Of a DNA stretch of 64,000 nucleotides, positions 51,883 to 64,000 are shown piece by piece (position 1 is the first letter of the stretch; the number at the start of each line of letters is the position of its first letter). Under the pieces are notes generated by a model that searched no databases, was not told the origin of the DNA, and worked only from the letters and a program-made list of their open reading frames with translations. The DNA lies in assembly GCA_965112155.1 (NCBI GenBank), contig OZ218108.1, one strand, 5' to 3'. A program made the translations under genes and the position numbers. The stretch comes from Podarcis liolepis (taxonomy: Eukaryota).

Positions 51883-53214
51883 GCAATTGATTTTTTCATA
51901 AAAATATTGGTATTTTGCTTTATAATTGTACAGTCTTGTATAAATATGTGTTAGCTACATATTGTGACACATTTTTCTGTGGTATACATGCTATGAACAA
52001 AGATGGCTGATTCATACAGAGTAAAACTGTATGTGGTGTAATAGCATTTATATAGCACTTGTTGAATATTCAGTAATATTATATATTATAATATAATATA
52101 ATATAATATTAGTAATCTTTGTAACCTCCTTATGAGATAGGCTGCTATTGCCCCCGTTGTGTAGAGGAGGCTGAGATTGTAAGGAAATAGTTTGCATGTA
52201 GTGAGGTTTGAACTAGTTTTATAGCTCACACTTTAGCAACTTCACTGCAGCAGCTCTTGAATTGGTGTTTTTAATGTTTGCTGTCTGTTTCTATGATGTT
52301 TAAACCAGCCATAAGGCAGAAGCACTTAAAAGTAAATACTAGGAAAGATGCATGCCCCTTGGTGCTCATAGTTAAATAGATCTGCATTCCAGGGAAAACT
52401 ATAGATCTAGAATTTTAGCATTGTGGTATGGTATACATAGCCTGTTTCTCTTTGTCAGAAACATCTTAAGGCTGCTATGTGGAGTTATGTGCGATACATT
52501 AATGTCCTAAGAACCTTGATGTCAGTGGTTCTCCTGCAATACAATCCTATACTTGTTTGCTCTGAGGAAAGTCTCCATGATTTCAGTAAGGCTTAATCCC
52601 ATGCAGCCTTGATATAATAAACATAATTTTCAAAATGTCATACTGTCAAATCTTCTGCTCTCATTTTGTAAGAGCCAAAGGCAGCTTGGGTGGGAAATTT
52701 ATTCCATCTGGTTGCCATCCCAGAGTGTCTTTTTCATAGAGCTATTTTTTTCTTGTTCTTTTCTCACAAAAATTCACTTTTGGAACTTGGAGAGATAGAA
52801 GTTGTTGCTGAACTGTTTAGGATACTGACAGCACAAACCAATACATTTCTACTCAGTCAGCATGCTTATTTTGTAATGTCAGTAAACAAGAGGTTAAACA
52901 AGGATGGCAAGTTGGTAATCTGCGGGTGCACCCAGTTCTCTCCATTCACTCCAGCAGTAGCATAGAATAAAATATTATGCTCCTTCAGCATTTGGCTTGA
53001 TCACCCCTGCTCTCCTGAAAAAGTGCTGGCAAGGCCAAAAGTATAGCAAAAGAGTTACCTTTGTCTCCCTCCACTGGTAAACCTCCACCCAAAAAACAGG
53101 AAATCACCATAGTGGCTCCTGTGGGATCGCAGGATCACGTTAACTCTCATCTATCAAAGTAGCACTTCAGGTGCTGCTTTTGGAGGCACCAGACCTTGGC
53201 TGGAGATCAGGAAA

Positions 53215-53280
53215 TGTTGTTGTTTAGTCATTTAGTCGTGTCCGACTCTTCGTGACCCCATGGACCAGAGCACGCCAGAC
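53215..53280 (-). mobile_element. RTE/BovB-type 3' tail
   Basis: GTTGTTGTTTAGTC...GTGTCCGACTCTTCGTGACCCCATGGAC, the typical BovB-related 3' end. Confidence 0.7.
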
Positions 53281-53783
53281 CAGTAAATATAGATCCATAA
53301 ATGATGTGCAGAGTGCTGTTTGGCTTGGCTTCAGAGCACCCATTTTGCTCAGGAATCTGAGATTGTTCAAGAGATCTCTGCAGTGTTGCAGGAGCCTCTT
53401 GGTAATGTCCTGTTTGCTGCCAAGAGGGAAGTATTGCTTCTCCCACTCTGGACGCCAGATGTGTCAGCTTGGGTACGGCAATCATGTTCTGTCCCCCCCA
53501 GACAGCCAAGCACTTAAAACTGCACAAACTCCAATTTTTTTTGTCCTCCAGGCATTTGTGGAAAAGTGGACAGACTTTCAGAAATGTTAAACCATTTGGA
53601 AGTTTTATCTTTACAATCCCATACATCTACCTAGGATTTCTTTTCTTTAGTATCATCTAGGAAATTCTCATGTGAGTAAAAATGTCATTTGTTCTCATCA
53701 ACTTGCTATTGCAGTCAATATGAACTACGGTGAATAAATGGTTTGTGAGTCAACATTGTTGCATTTCTGTCTTTTCCCAAAAG

Positions 53784-53898
53784 GTGGCAATGAGAGCCTT
53801 AGGTTTTGATGTGAAAAAAGCAGATGTTCTAAAGATACTTAAAGATTATGATCGGGAAGGAACTGGGAAAATCACCTTTGAAGATTTTAATGAAGTTG
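53784..53898 (+). CDS. CETN3: Centrin-3 exon 3
   Basis: AAAG|VAMRALGFDVKKADVLKILKDYDREGTGKITFEDFNEV|GTGAGT; 115 nt. Confidence 0.96.
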
Positions 53899-54731
53899 GT
53901 GAGTATTGGATTTTAAACATTTATTGACAGGAGGAAATTTGGCAATAATTGATAGCTGGAAATTTAGCTGGTCTGATTCTTAATGGATGGGTATGCAAAT
54001 GTATCGGGGATAACAGATGAGCCGTTTAATGTTTACAACATTGTGTCCCCCCCTCCAAATAAATAAATAAATGGAGAACTATCAAAATTTTGCTTTGACC
54101 CTCTGCCTGCACTTTCTTTTCTTCTATCCCACCTTTATCTGCCAGTAGTTATGAAACTGAACAAAGGGGATAGATGACCTTAAACTTTACTAGCATTCCA
54201 TAGTTTTTCATGTCCTGCTATATCCCCCCAATATCCTTTTAAAATCTAATTTATTTATTTTTTCTGTATCCACGACTTTTTTTATAAAAAAAAACCTATT
54301 GGACTATGGAAAAGTAATTATTATGTTGTGGCAATTTTTGTATTTAACTTTGGCAGCCATATGTAGAAGATTCCTACAATATTTGCTTTTGCTATAGAAA
54401 GATGAAAAGAGAGAGTGGGCTTTCTGCAGAAATGAAGTATAACTACTCGGTTACCTTGCTAAGTATTCAGTAAGTTGTGACATTTTCCATTTCTTCACTT
54501 CCTATGTGGAGTTCAAATCCATGCAGTTGAGGTTACTACATGTACGTACAACCCCCCACCCCCCGCCTCTTTAGGTAGATGATGAAAGCTAATCTTTTAA
54601 ATTCTTTGGGTCAGAAACCTGAGGGTTTGGAATAGAGTTAGAGCATTTCAATGCAGAATTATTTTTTCACCAACAGAAGTAGAGTTACTTTCATAGAAAT
54701 AGACCAGATCTCCCAATTGTTTTCATTTTAG

Positions 54732-54923
54732 TGACAGACTGGATACTTGAGAGAGATCCTCATGAAGAGATACTCAAGGCATTTAAATTGTTTGATGATG
54801 ATGATTCGGGTAAAATAAGCCTGAGAAACCTGCGCCGTGTAGCTAGAGAACTTGGGGAAAACATGACTGATGAAGAACTTCGGGCAATGATTGAAGAATT
54901 TGATAAAGATGGTGATGGAGAAA
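54732..54923 (+). CDS. CETN3: Centrin-3 exon 4
   Basis: TTTAG|(V)[63 protein letters not shown]|GTAAGT; 192 nt. Confidence 0.96.
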
Positions 54924-55212
54924 GTAAGTTCTAAAGATGCTGTGTTCATGTGCTAATCATAAATATGATATAGAAATAGTGCATTGAATTTGTTTCCCAT
55001 GTGATGATTTTATGGTCAAGCAAGTGACTGATTTTCCCTCCAGGAAATGTAATCCTATATACTACCCATGGATTTGGGAATGAAATTCAATTTCTCCCTA
55101 TTAAAGTATGAAATTATATGGCATAGGTTATACATGAATGTATTGGCCTTTTCTGTTATTTTGCAATGAATAAATATAACGGGTGAATTATTGTCTGCCT
55201 ACAATGCTGTTG

Positions 55213-55316
55213 AATTTCTTGATTTCTGAAGAAGATTCTATGGTTATTTTTTAGTGACTTATATTGCAAAGTCACTAAAAAATAACCATAGAATCTTCTT
55301 CAGAAATCAAGAAATT
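55213..55316. repeat. Perfect inverted repeat, 48-bp arms, 8-nt spacer
   Basis: 55213-55260 is the exact reverse complement of 55269-55316. Confidence 0.95.
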
Positions 55317-55685
55317 TAAGTGTACCTTCAAATTTAGAAGACAAGGCCAAGAGGATTTGGGGCTTATAGCAATATGCAGCATGAAATGATAGCAGCAGAT
55401 ATATATATGTTTATATATAAGCAATAACCAACTAGTTTCTTTTAGTAAAGCTAAATTATTTTAATTTCATGCGATAATTGCTTGCTCTGAGGATTTCATA
55501 CCAAGTTAATCCTTCAAAAGGGTCCACTACAGACTTTCCAAATGAATGTTAATTTGCTTTAATATTTTTGAGAGAATTTCAGTATTTAGCCTCCTTCAGA
55601 CTGCAAAAAGGAGCTTATTTGATTGATAAAAGCTTTCAAGTAAGATATGCAGTCAATACTTACCTGTTTTCTTTGTTTTTTTCAG

Positions 55686-55729
55686 TCAATCAGGAAGAAT
55701 TTATTGCCATCATGACTGGAGATGTTTAA
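55686..55729 (+). CDS. CETN3: Centrin-3 exon 5 (last)
   Basis: TTCAG|(I)NQEEFIAIMTGDV*; exons sum to 504 nt = 167 aa + stop; AATAAA at 56075-56080. Confidence 0.95.
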
Positions 55730-56860
55730 CGGTACAAGAAAAGAAATGAACTTGGCACAAAAAGGAAGGATTATCGGCTTTCAGCATTGAAGCTACCACC
55801 TTTCTGTTTAAGTTAATTTCTGTAGCAGGAGCCATGCAAAAAATAATTTTCCTCAAAGGACCAAAAGAAACACAAAATCTATGTACTAAGAGGTTGATAT
55901 TTTATATCATTAAATTTTAGATTAAGCAGTGTTACGTTTGAGTACTCATTTGTAAAATAGCTTTGTATAAGAATTTTAAATTAAATCATAGTATAAAACC
56001 TTTTGAAGTTGACATTATTTTAGCATTAGCCGTGGCCTTAGTTTTTATATAAGAGTTTAAGAGACATCCATTTTAATAAAGTATTCTTTTTATATTCTGT
56101 AACCCTTGTTGGAGTGTTTAATCCAAATGGATTGTGGTTGTAATTGTCAGCTGTAGTACTGCTTAATTTGGTGGTGAAATCACATTTGGCCTTTTAGGTT
56201 ATTCTTTTGTTGTGCAGCAGTAATTGTAAACTATTTATTGCATTACATTTTGTGTCACTCCTTTCCCCCAAGGGTTTTACTCCCAAAGCCTTTCTCAAGA
56301 ATGAGTATAGCTGCAAGGCAGCAGAGTTCTAGGATCAGTTTACCATCTCCTAGATGCGCTACCTTCCCAGGTTCATGAGCCCCACTTACCCATCATTTTC
56401 CTCTATGGCCTGTACGGTAACCACCTTCTTGACTGTTGGACCCACTATTGCTGTCATCCGCTCAATACTCCGGAGCCTGTCTTCACATGCAGAGGAAGAC
56501 CCTAACGCACTGAAGGTTTTAGACCCATCAGCTACCATTGGGGTGTATGAGGTGTTAGGGGAGGGGTGGAACCTCTGATGAGGGTCATGTGCTTCTGTGG
56601 TCCTTTGTCCACCACCCTGCACTCAGCTCTTGCCTGTGGCTCCTAGAAGCTTTCAGCATGCAAGTAGCCACACCCTGGGAAATGGCTTCAACTGTCCAGC
56701 TAAACCAGGTAAAATAAACAGAAAAGTAACTGAGTTCCATTACTTTTGTTAGGTCTACACTTGAGAATGACTTGGGGAAATAACTTGAAATCTTAGAAGA
56801 GGCAAACTGCCTTCTAGCTACTTCCTTTTTCTTGGGGAAACTAGCTGTAACCTCAGTATA

Positions 56861-57094
56861 CAGTGGTACCTCAGGTTACAGATGCTTCAGGTTACAGATG
56901 TTTCAGGTTACAGACTCCGCTAACCCAGAAATAGTACCTCGGGTTAAGAACTTTGCTTCAGGATGAGAACAGAAATCGTGCAGCGGCAGCAGCGGGAGGC
57001 CCCATTAGCTAAAGTGGTGCTTCAGGTTAAGAACAGTTTCAGGTTAAGAACGGACCTCTGGAACGAATTAAGTTCTTAACCCAAGGTACCACTG
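56861..57094. mobile_element. Tigger/pogo-like MITE
   Basis: TA-flanked CAGTGGTACCTC...GGTACCACTG; closely resembles the reverse complement of 387-628. Confidence 0.88.
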
Positions 57095-58291
57095 TAAAAG
57101 GTTAGATATGTTGCATAAAATGCATTCCTGATTGATCCCATCAGAGGCTATGTTCTTAAGCTATCATACCGTTTTTGTTTGTCTTTTGCATGCTTTATGT
57201 GTGTTCTGTTAAGTCTTCTTCCATTTGGCTAGATGTGTCATTGCTGTAGACACCCTTTCAGCAACTTCGAGGTTAGGTACCACATGTTACTGGGAGATAA
57301 CGTTTTGATGTTGATGCTCAGAATCTTAAGGTTATTTTTTTTAGAGCAAAGCTTGCTTTAGTTGTTTGAGAGATGCATTTCACTTCATATATCCGAACAC
57401 AAGATAACCTTGTTTCTTTGAAGTTTAAACAACAAAGTTGAAAGCATAATGCAAGGATGCCAGATGGCCCTGCTAACATCAATCCTAGTGTTGGGGGGAA
57501 AATGGCTTGCATGTCATGAAGGGAGAAGAAGCAAGTGATTCACACATTCTTCACCCTATGTTAGGTGTTCCTGTAAATCAGGCATAGGGAACCTGTGGCC
57601 AAATTAGCCTAGCAGGGATGCTAATTGGGCCTATGAGGTAATTCTTCCCTAGCCAAGCCTACCTGTCCCACACTGAATGCCATATGATGCCCAGTGTGGA
57701 GCAGATAAAACCCTACAAAGTGCACTCCCAATTATTCCTCTGCAAGCAAGGCTTCCGCTGGGCATCTTTTAAATTTGGAGCCAAAGTCCTAATGAAATGA
57801 GTTTCTCTCAGGAGCTACAAGTAGAGCTGATCCCTGCCAAGTCAAGTCTCTTGGCAAGTTGGAGTGGAAAGATGGCAAGCAGAGAAGTAGTTAAACATCC
57901 TTTTCCTCCCCACTTTTCCTAATCAGAGCATTTGAAAGCTGCTTTCTAGGGGAAAAGATGCCAGAACAACTAATATGCACATTATAATGGTAAGAGAGGC
58001 ACTGTACATTCTTCCAAGCTTTTCAAACACTCCCATCACCCTCTGCCAGCTTGGCCAGTGACTAGAGATAATAGGAATTGTAGTCCATAGGGCCACAGCA
58101 GCTCTACTTCCAAGTAAGCTCTTAAAAGTATACACAGTTGCGAGAGTCCACTGTGTTCTCTGCACTTCTTGTCTGTGCAGTCAGACTGACAAATATTTAT
58201 TTAAAAGTAGGATAGATAAGACACTTGTTGCTTGACTTCATTCTGGGTTCCTGATATTCAAATGATGTGCTAACATGTACAGAAGACAAAT

Positions 58292-58418
58292 GGGGTGCAT
58301 AGCCCAGTTGGCAGAGCGTATGACTCTTAACCACAGGGTTGTGGATTTGAGCCCCACGTTGGGCCAAAAATTTCTGCGTTGCAGGGGGTTGAGCTAGATG
58401 ACCCTCGTGTTCTCTTCA
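58292..58418 (+). mobile_element. tRNA(Lys)-derived SINE with CR1 tail
   Basis: TAGCCCAGTTGGCAGAGCG...GACTCTTAA...TTTGAGCCCCACGTTGGGC followed by GCAGGGGGTTGAGCTAGATGACC. Confidence 0.8.
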
Positions 58419-61400
58419 AAACATTGCAGTGAAGAGTGAGAGAAAAAGGTGCCAGAGCGCACCTCTTTGGGCTGGGTGTGTGTCTCCTCGCGAGCCAGAG
58501 GCTTGTTGAGACTGCTTCACTGAGGCACAGAGAGGTTTCCAGAGTAGGATGGGGGCTTTCTCAGCTGAAGTGCGGCTTTCCCAGTGTCAGCTGTTAGCTG
58601 GAAGGCTGCAGAACCTCAGCAAAGGCCCGCTGCACCTCTGTCTCACGAGGAGACCTCAGGATGTCCCCATCGGGTTCTGGGGAGGGTCTCCTCGTGAGCC
58701 AGAGGCCCAGCGGGTCTTTGCTGAAGCTGGCCATGTCTCTCCCCACACTTCCGGGGCCCAGCTGAGGGCTGTTGGAATGCCTTTCCAGAAAGTTCCAGCT
58801 GGAGGGGAAAAAAAGTTCTTTCCTCTATGTAGGGATGATTGCTGGGTCCAGAGGGAGGACACTCCCCACCCGCAGGCAGCCTCAGCCTGCCTGCATGCAT
58901 GACCTTGGGGTGCGGGGCACACTCCCCCTCACAGACAAAGTCACAACTGTCTGAACATCATGCCCTGTGTCTAACCTTTTGCAGTCTCAGTAGTCTGTGG
59001 TGCCCTGTCTGTAACCTTTGTCTCTGAGACCTTTTGTCTCCTTCGTCATACACTGTGCAAGGGGAAAATGACGCGGTGGAAACAGGTGCCAAAATAACTT
59101 TGTACCACCCCACAATCTCAGGACTGGAAGATGTGTAAAGGTCACAGCCCAAAATGTATCTGCCTGGGTTTGCATATTTGTGTCAATAAAAGGAGGCTCC
59201 ATAGAGCTGGCTGGCAGCTTGCATGCAGCTCACCTGTGTGCAGCTCACCTGTATTATCAACTCCTGCCTCACGCTCAGTCCTCATTGCACTGTTGGGAGG
59301 GTCCTCCCCTTAGGATTTTTCTTTTTTTCTTGACATTTTTGGCACTTCTGCAAACCTTCTCCCACAAGCTGGCCGCTGCAAATGCTGTGATGAAAATTGC
59401 TCCCACTTTCTTTTTCTTTTTTCCTATTCTCCAGCATTCAATGGGAAAGAAAATGAAAATTCAAAAATTAGGAAATTTCTAATGGATGGGGCGCAGGGTT
59501 TTTGATGCACTTGCCTTCCTTTCAAAGTTGCGAGGGGAGAGTGCCCGTTATTTCATTCTACAAATCACTTCTTCAGTTGTGTACACTCGATACTTTCTTG
59601 GGAGCCTGCACTTCTTGAAAACATGACATCTACCACTCGCTATTTTGTAAGTACTGGAAAGTGGAGAGGCTGCTTACTGTGTGTCTGACAACTGCTCATA
59701 AAAAAGTGAAGTATTTTCACTTTTTAAAGAAATCAGTGCTGCAGTATTATCTAAATAAAAAACAGAAAAGAAAAAGAAGGTCTTCACTTGAAAAGAAAAC
59801 CAGCGAGTGCACTGACCGCGTGCTTGACAGCCATTCTTCCATGTTTCCCACGTGTCAATTTCCCAGTTAAAGTTCAGGGGAAGAAGTCATGAGGTAACTT
59901 TTTTCCCCCAGGTCAGCTTGAGGGGGTTGGTTCCAGGCATGGGAGATTATTTTACTTGTTTCATAAAATTTATATACCTCAACTGTAAAAGCAAACCTCA
60001 ATGCAGTTTTCAAACAGGAAAAAACTCTAAAATCAACAGTAAAAACAGTTAAAGATAGTTTTTTAGAACGTTGATAAAATATTTAAAATCAACAATAAGC
60101 AAAAAAAATAAAATGGATTAGAGCACATGTCAATATTTTACAAAGGCTCGCCTAAATAGGAATTATTTTAGTAGGTGCCGAAGAGAACAGTGAAGGTGTC
60201 TGCCTGATGTCAATAGGCAGGGAATTCCAAAGGAACAATGTGCCACCTGTGGCAGTGCCAATTCTGCAGATCAAAGTCACCAAATGGACATATATGAGGT
60301 AAGGCAATTTCACAGGTAAAAGCACATCTGCTTTATGGGAAGAAAAGCACATGTGCACTAGCAGATCTCTGCCTGGATGGTGCTGTTTTGGCTGCAGAAG
60401 AAACCACATTCATCTCTGAAACAGAAGGAATGATTTACTGCTTTCTTTAACTGTGTTTGGATATTGTTGGATTTTCTTAATGACTAAATGAGGAAAGCAA
60501 CCAGTGCAGAAGGGAGAACAATTTGTCTTGTACTAGAATTAGCCGGCGCAGAAGCCAGAGCTCGTTCTACTGTTGTATTTTTTCATTAGGTCAAGAGTTT
60601 CATCAGATAGCGGCTGTCGTCAGCAAAACCTTCCAGACATCATTTCTGTACCAGTCTTGGGAGATAATTGCCACTATAGCAAGTCTGCAGGGACATTCGG
60701 AAGGTTTTCATCATTGGTTAACAAAAGGAAAATGGTCTCTCTGAGAAAAAAGAGAGGTCAGTGTTTCAAGATCTTCCTTCATCCCCACATTATATCAAGG
60801 GAAAATCTGTACAAATCCAATTGGGTAGTTTTGCTACAATATCAAAGCTGAACAGGAGGTCACGCGAAGCTTCAAAAATCTATACAGAGGATTGTTTGCT
60901 TTTCTGTCTAGCAAAAACATGCTACAGGCACTATCTATTAGCTGTGGACTAGTAAGCATTGCATCTCAAAAACGTAAGACAACTTGCTTCTTAATGCCAT
61001 GCACACACCATGAATATGACTTAAATATCTCTTTGTTGCATAATCCTGACATTGAACTCCATACTATTTTTAACAGAAAACTCAAAGATCCACCCTACTC
61101 CACTGACAAAACCGCCTCCCCAACCCAAGTTATTCTAAAAGTGTTTGAAAACTATTATTAATCCACCTCAAATATGCTGGCACACTTTTGCCAAGATATT
61201 AATACCGCTATGAGTTTGTGAATACAAGGACAGTTTGGTGGAGAGGACGTAGACTCTATGAGAGACCCTTTTGTGCCTGGATCCAGCACAGATTCACATG
61301 CTGGAATAGCCATTCCAGACAGGCCATTAAGAAAACCAAGGAAATGGGGCTTTGTGCCAGATGACAAATGGGTAAGGCTCCTCCTCCAGCACTTAGATAT

Positions 61401-61519
61401 GAGACTAGGCCTGTGTGACGTATCAGAGTTGTCATGACAGAGACTAAAATTTTAGGGCAAAATTAGCTGTTATGTGAGCCAGGAAGGGGAGAAAAAGTAG
61501 CAAGCCAAGCGTAAGATTT

Positions 61520-61729
61520 ATCTCGGTTTTTGAATGTCTCTGTTGATGAACATTTCGGAACTCAAACGCTGGAAGTAAATGCTTTGGTTTTCGAACGCTT
61601 TTCGGAAGTTGAACACCCCATGCAGCTTCCGTATTGAGTTTTCTGTAAGTAAATGCTTCGGTTTTCGAATGTTTCGGAACTCGATCGGTCTTCCAGAACG
61701 GATTATGTTCAAAAACCGAGGTACCACTG
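61520..61729. mobile_element. Tigger-like MITE, left end eroded
   Basis: CTCGGTTTTTGAA / TTCAAAAACCGAGGTACCACTG-TA. Confidence 0.7.
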
Positions 61730-62799
61730 TACTTGATAATCAGATAGTGCTAATATTCTTTACTTGGACATCATTAATTTAACCAATGCACAACTGTACT
61801 CATTCAACATGCCCATTTTATAATTTTGTTTTTATCTTTTATATATTATCTGTTGTTATATTTGTTCTCTCTGTTTTATATACATCATAACAGGAAATTA
61901 CTCTAAAAATTATCTTAGAGTGCGACAAGGTTTATGAAACTCACCAATTACAAAGGGAGATGAATTATCTTTACTTTTCAAGACACAATGCTTTAATGTT
62001 AGAACTCATTTTTAGTGTGTGCACATGCTACCTATTAATTCCCACCATATCCCCCAAATCCTTTTTAAAACTATGTAGTTGTAGGTCTGCGCTTATTTTG
62101 CATTGTTATACTATTTGAGGAACTTGGTACATATCAACGGTAAATCCAATGTAATGGATTGAGTATTCTGTTAACGTGATGAAATACTTAGCAGGTAGAT
62201 TTCCATTTTTGCGCTTGTATCTGGACTGGTGGGGCTTCTGATGTGATTGCTTAATGAAGCAATTCAGTACTGAAGAAACAGCATATCTTGCATGATATTA
62301 TTAAAGTGGCATACAAAGCTTAATTAAATCTCTTCAAGCATTCATTTTTACGAGTGGGAGAGAACTTTGAATGTAACAATCAAGGTTGCTATAGTGGATT
62401 AGCACAGATATATTTAGAAGTTGAACAGCATAGATTTTAGCTTTTCCCCCCACTAGGGGGACCTATTGTTATTATATAGCAGCATCTGAAGAAGAAATGA
62501 AGGGAAAAAGTGGTCTTTTAACTCTGTCAGTGCATTGACACCTTAAAAGGTATAGAGTTTTTCACCCGTTGTAATCTTTGATTTTTTTAGACATCTAATT
62601 TTTAAAGAAAAATTTCTTTATAGCACCACAGACAAAAAGTGAACATTTTAAAATCTACACACGTTTGATCTTTTTTGTGTTCTATAAAATACATTCTTCA
62701 TAAGGAAAGAAACTGGCATTATGTGAGTTTAACTCACTTCTTTATTTATTTTACTGAGAAAGCTAAGATTGCTCCATTCAGCTCATGGACAACCAATAA

Positions 62800-63113
62800 A
62801 AGGAAGTGCCTCTTTGCAGCTCATAGTTAAACTATGGCACTCATTCCCACAGGAGGCAGTAAAGGCCACCAACCTAGATGGCTTTGAGAGAGAATTAGAC
62901 AAATTCATGGAGAACAGGGCTATTGGTGGCTATTAGCCATGATGGCTCTGCTCTGCCTTCACAGCTGGAGGCAGCAACATGTCCAAATACCAGTTTCTAG
63001 AGACCACAGGAGGGGAAGGTAATCTTGTGTTTGAATCCCACTTGTGGGTTTCCTACAGGCATCAGGTTAGCCCCTGTGTGAATAGGATGCTGGACTAGAT
63101 GGGCCATTGGCCT
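62800..63113 (+). mobile_element. CR1 LINE 3' end
   Basis: TAGATGGCTTT...ATTAGACAAATTCATGGAG...AGGATGCTGGACTAGATGGGCCATTGGCC. Confidence 0.8.
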
Positions 63114-64000
63114 TCTCTTCTTACATTCTTACTTCATCCAGCTGTTTACATGTGAAAAGTGTGTGTGTGTGCGTATCTCAGTGGCGTGAGTGGATGGAGG
63201 GCAAAAGCCAAGGGAAAGATGGTTTTCCTCCTCAACAACAGTTAGTGTTTGTGCAAAGGATGTGGTATTCTATCCATAGAATCATGAGCAGAACAGAGAA
63301 AATAATCTAACACAGAGTTCTGAAAAAGCTTCTGTGAGATGGTGCCCAAGAGTACCTCTATTAGGTAAAATTCCAAAATCCATATTAGTGCAAAAATTCT
63401 GTTAGAGCAATCAAAATGTCAGGAAAATAGTGTGCAATCTTTTGCAGGTCTCATGCTTCTGCTTGTGTGAGAGGCTGAATCTAGTTTCCCCTTTCCTTCA
63501 TGACACTCAACATAAGGTGTAAAATATTCCTCTGGGAGCAGAATGCATGTTTGCATGCATAAAGGCACCTTTGGATACAATCCATAGCACACACACACAT
63601 GCACTTATGTGAAATGCACGTGTGTGCACACTCACAGTTGGTTGAGACAGGGCTAGGTTCAGGAACAATGGATTTTTTATTTTTTATTTTATTGTTTCTG
63701 AGCCCTGAACAGGTCTGGGGAGAGAGGTTTAAGTTGCTGGTAAACCAAGCAGGCTGCTGCTATCTCATTCTTTTCTGGGCAAAAGTCCAACTCACACAGC
63801 AGTTGCAAAGGAAAAGCAAACGCATCGCTAAATTCATCGAGAAATATTTTAACAGTATATAATCTCTGTCAAGATAAAATTGCTTTGTGATTTACATTAC
63901 AATAAATCCTGACCTTGAAGCGCTGCAGACTAAGCGAAACTGCACTGAGCTTTATCCTCTCACTGAATCTGTCCATGGGAGTTGAAGTACGATGACTGTA

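Noticed and set aside
58292-58365. Apparent tRNA-Lys(CTT) gene
   Set aside because: T-loop/B box and stems are mutated and it runs into a CR1-derived tail, so it is a SINE head
62175-62241. GTGATGA...CTGA C/D-box snoRNA-like pattern
   Set aside because: No convincing terminal stem, internal C'/D' boxes, recognised rRNA guide or host intron

Overview
Eukaryotic (vertebrate) genomic DNA, most likely a squamate reptile and probably a lacertid-type lizard (inferred from a Sauria SINE, tRNA/CR1-tail SINEs and squamate-type hAT/Tc1-mariner MITEs). It holds the conserved synteny block ADGRV1 (only coding exon 1, minus) - LYSMD3 (plus, 281 aa) - POLR3G (minus, 213 aa) - MBLAC2 (plus, 287 aa) - CETN3 (plus, 167 aa). 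Exon boundaries were reconstructed by hand from splice sites and reading-frame continuity. There are four CpG-island promoters, one of them bidirectional (POLR3G/MBLAC2). Intergenic and intronic DNA carries many short transposon relics. Almost all ORFs in the supplied track are spurious. I see no evidence for a wholly new gene system. The best leads are regulatory: a GC-AG donor with a competing in-frame GT in CETN3, a perfect 48-bp inverted repeat in CETN3 intron 4, a cryptic poison exon next to CU/UG repeats in POLR3G, a tRNA-derived SINE just inside POLR3G intron 1, a structured MITE in the MBLAC2 3'UTR, an acceptor-dependent uORF/N-extension switch in LYSMD3, and a perfect RFX X-box in CETN3. 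Gene and repeat-family names rest on recalled sequence similarity, not on a database search.
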